64,000 nucleotides of DNA from Octopus sinensis. Lineage: Eukaryota. The DNA lies in NCBI RefSeq assembly GCF_006345805.1, contig NC_043012.1, positions 16,616,001 to 16,680,000 of the forward strand. The letters run 5' to 3'. Both the position numbers and the translations under genes were made by a program. The notes below the pieces were generated by a model. That model worked only from the letters and a program-made list of their open reading frames with translations, did no database searches and was not told the origin of the DNA. Positions 35,331-48,125 of this stretch are shown here, in pieces; positions within the stretch are counted from its first letter, which is position 1, and every line of letters starts with the position of its first letter.

Positions 35331-36714
35331 TAATTTGTTTATAGGCACAGGTGTGGCTGTGTGATTAAGAAGCCACTGCTTGGTACTTTGGACAGGTGTC
35401 TTCAACTGTAGCCTCCCCCCCCCCCCCCACACCTTGTCTCGTAAATTAGGATCACCATCATGCGAGCAAAACTGTTTGATTCCAGTCTTCTGCCGAAAAT
35501 AAGTCTAGATGAAGGTTACCTAAAGGAAGATCATCCAGCCTTAGAAAATCTGTCTTAGCAAATTCCATTTGTCCCATGTAAGCATGGAAAGGTGGATATT
35601 TGTGTGTTGAGAAGGAGAGGGAAAGACTCCACCAGGTTTAGATACACAAGACACACTGCCACAATGGCTCTCTTACAATTTCATTAGAATTTGAGGACCC
35701 AAAGCAAAGCAAGGAGTTAGGGCTTAGCAACGACAAAACGTCATTTTACACTTTATGAAAATTATACAATTTTGAAATAATTTTTTCTAAAAAAATATAT
35801 TTTTCTATATATTAATATATATGTTAAATATAAAATATATATTTAACCAAAACAAAAAAAACGAAATGTTTCTCTCTCTTTTCTTTGATCTTTGTTTTGA
35901 TTCTTATTACTTCCGCCTTAAAGGCAGTGGTATTGTTTTCAGTTGTGTTTGTTTGTTAGTTGGTTTGTCTGTGGACAAGATATCTCAAGAACTGCTGGAT
36001 GGATTCGGATGGAACTCTTAGGAATGTTTGGCATGAATGGATTGGATTTTGGGTTTGATCCGGTACTGGACAAGGATTCTGGATTATTTGTTATATTTAC
36101 ATGAGTATGATCTTATGTTGACTTTCAAGTCTTTCTCAGTTATCTCCCTTTAAGGCTGTTTAAAAAAGTTTTCTTTTCGTTTCTCTGTTATTAATTTTAC
36201 TTGCGTCTCTATCCTAGTAGAAACTGATGGATAAAGAAATCAAACTACATAAACAAATGGCAGCAAAACCGTTCACAAATTAAATAACATTAACATATTT
36301 TTATAATATATATATTATATATTATACTTACATGTAAACACTTTACAGTATACTTATATATATACATGCATCTATACATCAATCTAAAAGAACAGGAATA
36401 CTAAAGGAAGGCCGGAATTTAAGAGAAGAGAAAGCCAAAAGGTCTCATGCTATTCATTTAAAATTTCCTGAGTAGAACTTATTACCTCCGCCTTTGAAAC
36501 TATTTTGGATGGTGAATTTGTTAACTTTGGCTTCTATTATATAAGGATAAACTATTTATTACTGTTACTAAGTTTTCTATGGCCACCTTCACATTCCATG
36601 ACTACAATTGGATCCGATCAGGTACCGAACAAGGATTCTGGATTATTTTCCTGTTTTTTTATTTAATTTTTGAGAGTGGTTGGGTTCATTTTTTTATTAA
36701 AGAAAAAAAAAAAA

Positions 36715-36958
36715 GGTAGGAGAGTCCAGTTTGCTGGACATTGTTGTAGAGCTGAAAACGAGGCAATTTCTACTCTTCTCCTCTGGAAGCCATCTACTCG
36801 CAATACCAGAGGGCACACACTCTCCTACCCTGATGTAATCTCCAGGGATACAGGCATCCAGCAACAGGACCTCCGTAATGCTATGATGGACCGTGAAGTC
36901 TGGCATAGCATGGTAAATTCCATTGTCTCGACCACGGTCAAACAATGATGATGATGAT
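36715..36958 (+). mobile_element. Second RTE-like family 3' fragment
   Basis: GRRVQFAGHCCRAE...DREVWHSMVNSIVSTTVKQ* plus (ATG)n; sister of 24555..25040. Confidence 0.85.
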
Positions 36959-37523
36959 AGGTTCATTTTTAGTATTCTTGTTTGTGAGAGCAGCTGAATT
37001 TATTTCAGATATTCATCATCATTATCATCATTTAGCGTCCGTTTTCCATGCTAGCATGGGTTGGACGGTTTAACTGGGGTCTGTGAAGCCGGAAGGCTAC
37101 ATCAGGCCCAGTCAGATTTGGCAGTGTTTCTACGGCTGGATGCCCTTCCTAACGCTAACCACTCCGTGAGTGTAGTGGGTGCTTTTTATGTGCCACCTGC
37201 ACAGGTGCCAGACAGAGCTGGCAATGGACACGAACGGATGGTGCTTTTACATGCTACCGGCACGGGGGCCAGGCGAGGCTGGCAACGGACACGAGCGGAT
37301 GGTGGTTTTACGTGCCAACGGCACGGGGGCCAGGCGAGGCTGGCAACGGACACAAACGGATGGTCTCATTTTAAAAATCATCCCTGGCTAATTGTTGAGA
37401 GAATATTGGTGTTGCCTTGGCAGAGGTTTGCACTCTCTGAGTGCTCTTGTTTACTTTTGTTTTGATTCTTGTTTACTGTATCAGTTTAACTGTCAGATTA
37501 TGTTGTAACAATTTCTTCTGCAG

Positions 37524-37635
37524 ATATCACACAACACCATTGATGTATAGTGCCAAGAGGGGCCACCTCTCAGTTCTAATAAAGCTGTTGGATTTTTATG
37601 CTGACCCTAATGTAACAGACAGTCAGGGATGGTCT
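37524..37635 (+). CDS. ASZ1: ASZ1 exon 5
   Basis: YHTTPLMYSAKRGHLSVLIKLLDFYADPNVTDSQGWS (ankyrin); tgcag / gtaagt, phase 2 to 0. Confidence 0.93.
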
Positions 37636-38178
37636 GTAAGTATGAGTACTACCATTTCCAAACTATCTTTTATCTTCTACTTGTTTCAGTCATCAGACTG
37701 TGGCCATGCTGGGGCACCACCTTGAAGAATTTTAGTCAAATGAATTGACCCCAGTAATTTTTTTTTATTAAAGCCTAGTACTTATTCTATTAGTTTCTTG
37801 TTGAATTGCTGAGTTACAGGGATGAAAACAAACCAACACTGGTTGTCAAGCAGTTGTAAGGGACAAACACACACACACACATATATATGACAGGATTCTT
37901 TCAGTTTCCACGTACCATTTTTCGCTCACAGGCTTTGGTTGACTAAAGGTCGTAGTAGAAGACATTTGTCCAAGGTATTACGCAGCGGAGTTGAACTGGG
38001 AACCAGGTGGTTGGGAAGCAAGTTTCTTACCGTACAGCCACGTGTGCACCTGTGATCAATTTTTGTTTTTATATTTTCTTGAGTTGTTTTATTTCTTGTG
38101 TGTGTGTAATCTAGGGGATAAAAATATTGTTATACAGACATACCTCAACTTGGAGTTACATCTTTTTTGACTTGAAAA

Positions 38179-38503
38179 CAGTGGTTCTCAACTGGGGCCC
38201 ATATCAGATTTTTAGGGAGTCCAACAAAATGATAAAATGGGGATCCACAATAGTATTTTAAGGGCCCACTGAAAAAAATTTTGCTTTAGATATTTGTATT
38301 GGTATGTATTGTAAGAAACAGATTTCTTTCTTGAACATTTTACATTGTTCAACCTACACAAGTTAAATGTCTGAAAAACAAAATAGGAACTTTGAAAAAA
38401 GTTTCTGTAAAATTAGGTTTTAAACATCAAATAGCTATGGAGGTCCATCAGAATGAAATGGTAATCAAAGGGGTCCATGGATAAAAGATGGTTGAGAACC
38501 CTG
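38179..38503. mobile_element. hAT/Charlie-like MITE (old)
   Basis: CAGTGGTTCTCAAC ... GTTGAGAACCCTG termini; TSD decayed. Confidence 0.65.
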
Positions 38504-38509
38504 CTTTAA

Positions 38510-38728
38510 CCCTTTAGTATTTAAACTGGCCATATCCGGCCAAAAGAGCTAATCTGTTTTATGTTCAAACTGACCAGATCTAGGCTCTCACACCTACCCT
38601 ACAATGTTATTCTACATTAAGTAATTACACCATCAAGATCATGAAGATATGAGATAATGCATGATTAATTCAAATCAATGGGAATCAATAAGCATTATGT
38701 TTGATAGAATAATCTGAACACTAAAGGG
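38510..38728. mobile_element. piggyBac-like MITE
   Basis: TTAA-CCCTTTAG ... CTAAAGGG-TTAA. Confidence 0.85.
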
Positions 38729-39054
38729 TTAAAGCATAAAATTAAAATTAAAAAAAATAAAAAAACACCTAAAAACTATACTAATGTAGAAAATCAAATA
38801 AAGACTTGTGAAAATTTGTACAAACAATTTATAGAAGCAGATATAAGCTAATAAAGTTTTTAAAATGTTTTTCCATGTTATGTCATTTTTTGAGTGAAAT
38901 CACATGTCTTGCAACCAATTAGCAATGTAATTTGAAGCACACCTGTTCTTAGTTTAGAAATGTAGGTGCTTAGTTTGAATCCTGTCTTGTATTTACTGTG
39001 TATATGTCAAGAACAACTGCAAGTACTTTTAAACCAGTGTATGGTTTAAACCTA

Positions 39055-39225
39055 GGCATCCATATCTACGGCGTTCATCGCTGGAATGAGTGGTTGGAAA
39101 TTACGCGGTCGTTAGCCACAAATTGCCAGGTCTGGTCGGCGTTTGTGAGAGACGCAGCATTGAGGATGAATGAAGCCAGCTCAACCCACCCCGGGTGAAT
39201 GCTGTCTCAAGACAAGAAGAAGAAG
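39055..39225 (+). mobile_element. Third RTE-like family 3' end with (GAA)n tail
   Basis: RWNEWLEITRSLATNCQVWSAFVRDAALRMNEASSTHPG* followed by aagaagaagaagaa. Confidence 0.6.
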
Positions 39226-39918
39226 AAACCAGTGTATGCAATTTAAGTGAAGGCGCATAGCTTGGTGGTTAGAGTGTCACACTCAGAATCATGAGGTAGT
39301 GGGTTGGATTCCTGGACTGGGCTGTGTGTTGTGTTCTTGAGTAATACACTTTATTTCACTTTGCTCCAGTTCACTCAGTTGTAACGTCACTTGTGCAAAG
39401 CTGTATTGGCCCCTTTGCTTTTCCCTAGGACAACAGCTTTGCTTTCATCCTTTCAGGATTGATAAAATTAAAATACTGGGGTTGATATAATTGATTTGTT
39501 CTGTCTCCTCAAAATTGCTGGCCTTGAAAAAATTGTATTAACATTAAAAAAGCACCATTCAAGTGTGGCCATTGCCAGTGCCACCCAACAGGTTCCCATG
39601 CCAGTGGCACGTAAAAAGTACCATTTGAGCATGGTGAATGCCAGTACCATCTGACTGGCCATCGTACTGGTGGCATGTAAAAAGCACCCACTACACTCTT
39701 GGAGTGGTTGGTATTAGGATGGGCATCAAGCTGTAGAAATCTTGCCAGATCAGATTGGAGCCTGGTACAGCCTTCTGGCTTGTCAGCTCTCAGTCAAACC
39801 ATCCAATCCATGCCAGCATGGAAAGCGGATGTTAAACGACAACGATGATAATGATGATTAACATGTATGACATCTCAGGGGTTTAATTATTATTTTGGAT
39901 TTTTTTTTTTTTTTCCAG

Positions 39919-40053
39919 GCATTATTCCATGCTGCAAACAGTGGCCATATGTCTCTTGTTGTAGAACTGATGAAAACTGGTGCCGATACAAAATTAAGAG
40001 ACCACAGAAGACATTCTGCTGCAGATATTGCTTATTTACGATCATTTGAGGAG
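39919..40053 (+). CDS. ASZ1: ASZ1 exon 6
   Basis: ALFHAANSGHMSLVVELMKTGADTKLRDHRRHSAADIAYLRSFEE; ttccag / gtaaat, phase 0. Confidence 0.93.
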
Positions 40054-40303
40054 GTAAATCATCCCTTTTTCATTTTTTTTTTTGCCTTCCTTACTTATCA
40101 ATTATAGAAACTCTGCCAGATCAGATTGGAGCCTGGTGCAGCCATCTAGTTCGCCAGTCCTCAGTCAAATCGTCCAGCCCATGCTAGCATGGAAAGTGGA
40201 CTTTAAACAATAATGATGATGAGGTTTCATATCTCTTAATTATCCTATTTCATATCAAAACCTGTCTAAGATAACTTTCCTGGTTCCAAAATCTCCATAT
40301 TTA

Positions 40304-40509
40304 CCATATTTTCCAACTTACAAGTTGAAGTATATTATGTAAACGTGTAGTGTAAACATTCAAGCATCGTCACTATTTTTCCAGATCCTTCTGCATTTCA
40401 TATGGAATTTTTGGTCCTTGAAAGTGGTCTTCATGTCTAAGTTGACCTACCTTTCTTTTGGTTTTAAATTTTAGTCTGAAAAATTCAACTTGTATACTGG
40501 AAAATACAG
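40304..40509. mobile_element. pogo-type MITE (old)
   Basis: TIR ccatattttccaacttacaagttgaa vs ctgtattttccagtatacaagttgaa. Confidence 0.65.
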
Positions 40510-40755
40510 TTAATTATAACTTCTGTTCTAATTTTGTATAAGAATTACTCTTTTACTTGTTTCAGTCATTTGACTGCAGCCATGATGGAGCACCGCCTTT
40601 AGTCGAGCAAATCGACCCCAGGGCTTATTCTTTGTAAGCCTAGTACTTATTCTATCAGTCTCTTTTGCTGAACTGCTAAGTTACAGGGCCTTAAACATAC
40701 CAGCATCGGTTGTCAAGCGATGTTGGGGGGGACGGACAAACACAGACACAAACAT

Positions 40756-40799
<44 letters not shown>

Positions 40800-41060
40800 A
40801 GAATTCATGAAAAAAAGCAAAAGACGAAGACAGGTGGTGTAGGAAACAAACAGATGTATTAGTATAATGCTCAGGAATTGAAAAAGCCTTTTACATTTCG
40901 AGCCTACCAATCTATCATGGCAAACAGTGATATATATATATACACACACACACACATATATACAAGCCTTTTGTCTGGCATGTTACTGATACTGCCAAGC
41001 TTGCCATCTTACAATATTATAAGATGTAATATATTTTCTTTTGATATTTTTTTCTATCAG

Positions 41061-41158
41061 ATTGCTGCTTACATTGATGACAGCTACAAAGACACAGGGG
41101 AAAAAACACCTCTTGCAGCGAAGACGAACGACAATAAAATTACAAGCATAGCAAACAG
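41061..41158 (+). CDS. ASZ1: ASZ1 exon 7 (linker)
   Basis: IAAYIDDSYKDTGEKTPLAAKTNDNKITSIAN-R; tatcag / gtaagt; phases fit exons 6 and 8. Confidence 0.8.
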
Positions 41159-42207
41159 GTAAGTTCATAGGACCAGATTTTTTTTTTTTTTAACCTGCTA
41201 TTGTAGAAAAACTTTTGGACTACCGGTCAAGTTGTTGGTTGTAGATATCTTATCGCAGCCTATGCAACAGTCTCCAAAGTCCAAACACTTCACTTCCAAA
41301 TGACCAAATCCACCTAGCTATAAATAGCTGCTGCAGGCTAAGGGATCTGTCACTGTAGGAAGTGGAGACAGTTGAGGGTTTTGTCCAGTTGACTTTTCTC
41401 CTGATACAAAAACAAATGTTCCATATAACAGAAGTGCCTTAAGGGGTTATTTCATTTACATTAAATAGTGCCGGTGGCACGTAAAAAGCACCATCTGATT
41501 GTGGCCATTGCCAGCCTCACCTGGCCTCCGTGCCGGTGGCACGTAAAAAGCACCATCCGATCGTGGCCGTTTGCCAGCCTCGTCTGGCACGTAAAAAGCA
41601 CCCATTACACTCATGGAGTGGTTGGCATTAGGAAGGGCATCCAGCCATAGAAACATTGCCAGATCAGACTGGGCCTAGTGCAGCCTTCTGGCTTCCGAGA
41701 CCCCTGTTGCACTGTCCAACCCATGCCAGCATGGAAAGCGGACGCTAAACGATGATGATGATGAGTGTGGGTTCTGTATCTGTTGTGGCTTGACCCCAGT
41801 TCTGTTCTAATTGAGGAGATTTATGATTGAAGCAGATCTGTCATTGAAAGTGTTTCAGCAACAACCATTTCTTATTCCAAGTATTCTGTATCCAAGACTA
41901 CACTATCTAATGTGTCCTGTTTTAACAAGGTATGGTTTGTTGTGAAGGACATTTGACTTCAGTTTTGCGATAAAGTGAGCAGCCACACACGACATTGACA
42001 GTCTAATGAACAGGTGTTTCATGAACTTCCTATCTCAAGTTCAAATACTTCAGTGGGTCTGTATAGAAGTCAACTGGAGACTGCTCTGGTATGTAGAGTC
42101 CTTACTTGCTTTCTTCAACTTTGACATGGCTTTTAAAACCTGATTCTTGGACTGTGTGCCATGATGGTCCTGAAACATGAGAAACATTGCTTACATTTTC
42201 TACTAGT

Positions 42208-42590
42208 GGAGGCGCAATGGCCCAGTGGTTAGGGCAGCGGACTCGCGGTCGTAGGATCGTGGTTTCGATTCCCAGACTGGGCGTTGTGAGTGTTTATTGA
42301 GCGAAAACACCTAAAAGTTCCACGAGGCTCCGGCAGGGGATGGTGGTGATCCCTGCTGTACTCTTTCACCACAACTTTCTCTCACTCTTACTTCCTGTTT
42401 CTGTTGTACCTGTATTTCAAAGGGCCGACCTTGTCACTCTCTGTGTCACACTGAATATCCCCGAGAACTACGTTAAGGGTACACGTGTCTGTGGAGTGCT
42501 CAGCCACTTACACGTTAATTTCATGAGCAGGCTGTTCCGTTGATCGGATCAACCGGAACCCTCGTCGTCATAACCAACGGAGTGCTTCCA
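42208..42590 (+). mobile_element. tRNA-headed SINE family C, full length with TSD
   Basis: A box TGGCCCAGTGG, B box GTTTCGATTCC; TSD acattttctact(agt/gct). A partial or chimeric copy lies at 48385..48680. Confidence 0.88.
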
Positions 42591-43761
42591 CATTTTCTAC
42601 TGCTAAACGCTCAACAACAAAGTCATGTTGTGCTTGTGTTTTCATTGGGACATCAAAACGAGTTAGTAGTTAGGTGCATTTCCTTACAGGCATGTGGCTA
42701 TAAAGTGTGTGCATGTTTAGAACCCCCCACATACACACAAACACACTTGTATTGCACTTTTATATGTGTCTTTTCTTGATAGGATAACTGGGATGGTTTT
42801 TTTTGCACCATCCGAACGTGATCGTTGCTAGGCCCGCCTTATTGGCTCCTGTGCCAGTGGAACGTAAAAAGCACCTGCTACACTCTCAGGGTGGTCAATG
42901 TTAGGAAGGGCATCTAGCTGTAGAAACAGCATGGAAAGCGGACATTAAGCAGTGGTGGTTGGGTGGCACCGCTTCTGATTTCTGTTCTAGTAAAGTTTGA
43001 ACTGCTGGTATGTTGCCAGAGCAGATTAGCTTAACCTTGCAGCTGTCATGCCTCGTTATGAGAACATGTCTAAATCCAGATGGCTTTAGTTGTGAACTGA
43101 AACTCAAGACACACTTTTGATAAATGAAAGGCATAATAGATAATATGATCAGGCAAACACTGTTGCTGGAAATAAGATAGGGATGTCATGGCTGGAGAGC
43201 TTTTGTTTATAAAATCTTTGCACAGATATAGTCATGTGGTTATGAATCTGGCTTCCTAAACATGGTCTAGGATTTGGTCTAGATCGTGACACTGGGCAAG
43301 TGTCCTCTACTGTTGTCGTGGGTCAGCAGTACCCCTGTGAGTGGATTCGGTAGATGGAAACTGAAAGAAGCCCATGTGTGTGTGTGTGTGTTTGTACCCT
43401 TGTTTAGAAATCATATGATGGTTACAAATGATTATTATCATCATCATAGTCATACAAGCAAGTATTTCCAGACTCTTTGTGAAGAAAATGTTTAGGTATG
43501 GAAGAATATTACCTTGCTTGGAAACAGGTGAGGCTTTGCTACAGAAAGGTCATCTGGCCATAGAAAACCTGCCTCATCAAATGGCACCTGACCCATGGAA
43601 AAGTGGATGTCCTGACAGTGCTCATGATTCAATCAGGACTGCCTTCAGAGCTATACAAGAACAACAATAACCGGTGCTCTATTTTGTATTTGTATTTACC
43701 ATGGAATCAATGAAGTATCTTTTTTTTTATTTATGTATTTGTTTCCATATTCTCTTATAAC

Positions 43762-44174
43762 ATTATTTACATTTGACGGATATTTGTACTCCTCTTGTTT
43801 GTTGTTAACACAATGTTTCAGCTAATATACCCTCCAATCTTCATCAGGTGTCTTGGGGGAAATTTCGAACATGTATTCTTATTCCTTAGGGTTTTTTTTT
43901 TCGAAGTTATTATTATTATTATTATTAATGTCACTGCCTGGAATTGAACTCAGAATCTTGGGGTTAGTAGCCTGTGCTCTTAACCATTATGCCATATGTC
44001 CATGGGCATATGGCATAGTGGTTAATAATAATTATTTCGAAAAATACCTTAGGAATGAGAACCCAGGTTCGAAATTTCCCCAAGACCCCTGATGAAGGCT
44101 GGAGGGTATATTAGCCAAAACGTTGTGTTAACAACAAACGAGATGAGGAGGATCATCTGTCAAATGTAAATAAT
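43762..44174. mobile_element. Head-to-head palindrome of the Penelope terminal repeat (two tRNA-like heads, two hammerhead motifs)
   Basis: Centre gccatatgtccatgggcatatggc at about 44002; the left arm has a full tRNA-like head, the right arm lacks about 58 bp; hammerhead cores at 43807..43853 (-) and 44089..44129 (+). Confidence 0.85.
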
Positions 44175-44245
44175 CTCTTGAATATAGAACTGTATTCTCT
44201 TATTACATTTTCACCCATTCTGATGAGTTTCTCTTTCTGTTTCAG

Positions 44246-44375
44246 ATCAAGTTCATACAGTCAGTTAGAACTGTTTCTCTACGGACTTCATTTACAGTCA
44301 ACAATAGAAGACTTCAAAGAACACAATATTACGTTCAATCAGTTATTAACGCTTACTGAAGACGATCTGGAAAAG
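44246..44375 (+). CDS. ASZ1: ASZ1 exon 8 (SAM domain, first part)
   Basis: SSSYSQLELFLYGLHLQSTIEDFKEHNITFNQLLTLTEDDLEK, resembling ASZ1 DLEVFLHGIGL...ITLRHLLTM.EDE; ttcag / gtaaat. Confidence 0.93.
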
Positions 44376-45399
44376 GTAAATTTCAAAAGAAGGCCTTGAG
44401 TCTTAGCGCTTCTCATTCTTTCACTACCCTTTCTTCTGTCGTCATCATCATCATCATCCTTCCATGCTGGCATGGGTTGGATGGTTTGACTGGAGCTGGC
44501 CAGGTAGGAGCCTGCACCAGACTTCTCTGTTTTGGTTTGGCTTTTACAACTGGATGCCCTTCCTAACATCAACAACTCTGCAGAGTGGACAGAGCTTTTT
44601 ATGTGGCATAAGCAGAAGGCACAGGCATGGTTTTGTGGTAAGAAGTTTGCTTCCCAACCACATGGTTCCAAGTTCACTCCCACTGCAAGGCACCTTGGGA
44701 AAGTGTTTTTTTTTATTCTACTATAGACCTGAGCTGACCAAAACCTTGTGAATCTATTTGGTAGAAACTGGAAGAAGCCCATTGTGTATGTGTGTGTGTC
44801 TTTGTCTTCACATGGCATTATAGTTGTAAACGATTGCCATTACTTTGAAACAGGTAAGAGATGTTGACAGGAAGGTCACCTGACTGTAGAAAATCTGTCT
44901 CAAATATACATCTGACCCATGCAAACTGGGAAAAGTGGACATTAAACTATGATGTTATTCAGTTTTTACTCTTTTACTTGTTTCAGTCATGTGACTGTGG
45001 CCATGCTGGAGCACCAGCTTTAGTTGAGCAAATCGACCCCAATACTTATTCTTTGTAAGCCTAGTACTTATTCTATGGGTCTCTTTTGCCGAACCGTTAA
45101 GTTATGGGGACGTAAACACACCAGCATCGGTTGTCAAGCAATGTTAGGGGGACAAACATATATACACGACGGGCTTCTTTCAGTTTCCGTCTACCAAATC
45201 CATTCACAAGGCTTTGGTCGGCCCGAGGCTATAGTAGAAGACACTTGCCCAAGGTGCCACGCAGTGGGACTGAACCTGGAACCATGTGGTTGGGAAGCAA
45301 GCTACTTTCCACACAGCCACTCCTACGCCTAATAATGTATGTAATTCCTCATCTCTTAAATATAGAACTGTATTACCCTAATAACATATTCATCTAAAC

Positions 45400-45890
45400 C
45401 AGTGGTTCTCAAGTGGGGTCCAAATTGCCCTTTAGGGACCATATAAGAGTTTGCTGTTAAAATTTATTTGCAATAAATTGCTTAACAATTTTTTTTACAC
45501 AATTTCTAATGTTTAATTATAAAAATATAATTAAAATAATAAGTGTTTCCTTCTTGAGCCATGCCAGACTCATAAGGGCCAGTTTCCCGGATTCAGTGGC
45601 GGATATACTCTCCACCTGGACCGGACGCTGGTCCATCACAAGATTACTCATTTTGGCCAGCTGGTCAGACTGGAGCAATGTGAAATGAAGTGTTTTGCTC
45701 AAGAACACAACGCGTTGCCTGGTCCAGGAATCGAAACCACAACCATACAATCATGAGTCCAACACCCTAGCCTGTGCCTCCACATAAAAGCGTAATAGGA
45801 TGTTTTAAAGCATAGAATGGTTTTGAGGGTCCACCCAAATAAAACAGGAATCAAATGAGTCTGTAGGTGAAAAATGGTTGGGAACCAGTG
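45400..45890. mobile_element. hAT-like MITE carrying a nested tRNA-headed SINE (family D, 45545..45783, minus strand)
   Basis: CAGTGGTTCTCAA ... TTGGGAACCAGTG; TSD atctaaac/ttctgaac (6/8). Family D also near 6890, 39255 and 51310. Confidence 0.65.
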
Positions 45891-46007
45891 TTCTGAACTG
45901 TTCAAATATGGAAAAATTTCATATGATAGACTGGCTCCATTTCCTCTTTCTAACATTACCAAGCCCTGAAATAAACTTTGGTTTTATTGATTCATTTATT
46001 TCAACAG

Positions 46008-46123
46008 ATTGGTATTCAGCAGATCGGTTCTCGGAAGAAATTAGTTGAAGCTATAAGAGCTGTACACCAAATGGAATGGGAGACATCTAGTCTAATGAAG
46101 ATACATTATGATCAGAGCATAAC
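46008..46123 (+). CDS. ASZ1: ASZ1 exon 9 (SAM domain, second part)
   Basis: IGIQQIGSRKKLVEAIRAVHQMEWETSSLMKIHYDQSI-T; caacag / gtaagg. Absent from the ORF track. Confidence 0.9.
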
Positions 46124-47204
46124 GTAAGGAATAAAATCTCACTTCTTTTACTATGTTGCTTTTTTTTTTTTTTGTTAGGGTTTTTTTTTTTTTTTTTGAT
46201 TAAAGGACAAGTTGTGTAATGTTTGCTGTATGAAGATTGGTTTATTTTAGGGTTTGTGTTACCTGTTATCATCATCATCATCGTTTAACGTCCGCTTTCC
46301 ATGCTGGCGTGGGTTGGACGGTTTGACTGAGGACTGATGAACCAGAAGGCTGCACCAGGCTCAATCTGATCTGGCAAAGTTTCTACAGCTGGATGCCCTT
46401 CCTAACGCCAACCACTCCGAGAGTGTAGTGGGTGCTTTTACGTGCCACCAGCCGAGGGTGAGTCAGGCAGTTCTGGCAACGACCATACTCAAAAGGTGTT
46501 TTTTACATGCTACCTGCACGGGAGCGAGTCTGGAGGCACTGGCACCGACCATGTTCAAATGTTGTTTTTCACCTGCCACTGGGACATGTGCTGGTATGGT
46601 GATGCTGGCAACGATCATGCTCAAACAGCGCTTTTTATGTGCCACCAGCACGGGAACCAATCCGTAGCCCTGGCAACGATCACGCTCGGATGTGCTCTTA
46701 ACGTTAAAAGCACATTGGTACTGTCATTGGCCATGTCAGTGATTTTGATTTAATTTCACTTGCCTCAATACGTCTATGCAAGCAAAGTTTATTGTCCAAT
46801 GAATGAGGGGTACTCATAAGTAGGTTGGTTACACCCCATGCTCGGAAGTGCTTTTAACATTCCACTGGCATGAGTGCCAATCAGGCTGTACTGTCATTGG
46901 CCATGTCATGCTAGTTAATGTTACAGAGATATGATAAATGTAATTCTATATCTTTCAAAGTTCATGGTGAATGGATACAAATTTTCAAAATATGTCTATT
47001 AAGTTGAAATGAAATTATACTAAGTTTCTCATTTGTATATTAATGTCACCAATAACGTTAATACTGTTTAACTATTACATGTCTCTACGAGAGATTTAGA
47101 AATTTAGTATTTCTTATTAATTAATTACTAAGATAATATTATTTGATTCTAACAACAGTGTTAGAATTTCTATCATTGTCCTGTCACAACTAAAACACTT
47201 TACG

Positions 47205-47465
47205 GTTCTATATTTAAGAGATGAGAAATTATGTACATTATTTACATTTGACGGGCAGGCATAGTGGTTAAGAGTGCAGGCTACTAACCCCAAGATTCCA
47301 GGCAGTGACCTGAATAATAATAATAATAACATCGAAAAAAATAACCTTAGGAATGAGAACCCGGGTTCGAAATTTCCCCAAGACACCTGATGAAGGCTGG
47401 AGGGTATATCAGCTGAAACATTGTATTAACAACAAACAAGATGACAAATATCTGTCAAATATAAG
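47205..47465 (+). mobile_element. Penelope terminal repeat with short inverted 3' piece at its 5' end
   Basis: Hammerhead core CTGATGA at 47387..47393, GAAAC at 47415..47419; partial tRNA-like head at 47256. Confidence 0.8.
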
Positions 47466-47953
47466 TTATGTAAAACACTTTAGTTAGTATACAGTAATCA
47501 AGGGCGATAAATCCATGGAAACGCGTTATCTCCTTTTGGAGACCTGCTGCTAATTGTATTGTGTGATTTATTATATGACATCTGTTTCCGAAATGTGATC
47601 TGTCATGTGTTGTCTGTGTCAGACATGTGGTTTGCAGTATAATGTGTTCTAAGCAGAGAGAAGAATGATTGGAAAAACGGTTTTGTTTGGGGTGCTAAAA
47701 TCGAGCTGTTTCTGCCAAGAGGTCACAATACCCCTCATGTTATTTCCATCTCTTCAGTGTTCTGTAGTGATTGGTTAATAGAATTAGGATATTTGGATTC
47801 TAGGCTTCATCAGAGAGTTTAAAAGAGGGTCTAAGAAGTTCAGAGGGCTAATGTATGTATATATAAAAATACATATACACACACACACATATATATATAT
47901 AATAGATCATTAGCTCCTACACGCATTTTTTTCTCCTTGTTTTTTTCTGTGTA

Positions 47954-47991
47954 TCTTTCTCTCGAAGAGCATAGGCTCGAAACGTAAAAGA
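47954..47991 (+). ncRNA. Minimal type I hammerhead motif, family B (core mutated)
   Basis: TCTTT-CTCTCGA-A-GAGC-ATAG-GCTC-GAAAC-GTA-AAAGA: helix I TCTTT/AAAGA, helix II GAGC/GCTC. Confidence 0.55.
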
Positions 47992-48088
47992 CTTTTTCTA
48001 TTCCTGAGCACTATACTAATACATTTGTTTGTTTGTACTCCACCTACCTTCGTCTTTTGTTTATTTTCATAAACTTTCCCTATATATG

Positions 48089-48125
<37 letters not shown>

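Noticed and set aside
42208-42285. Genuine tRNA genes at SINE or terminal-repeat heads
   Set aside because: Acceptor stems are broken, there is no T-run terminator, and they continue into repeat bodies with TSDs.
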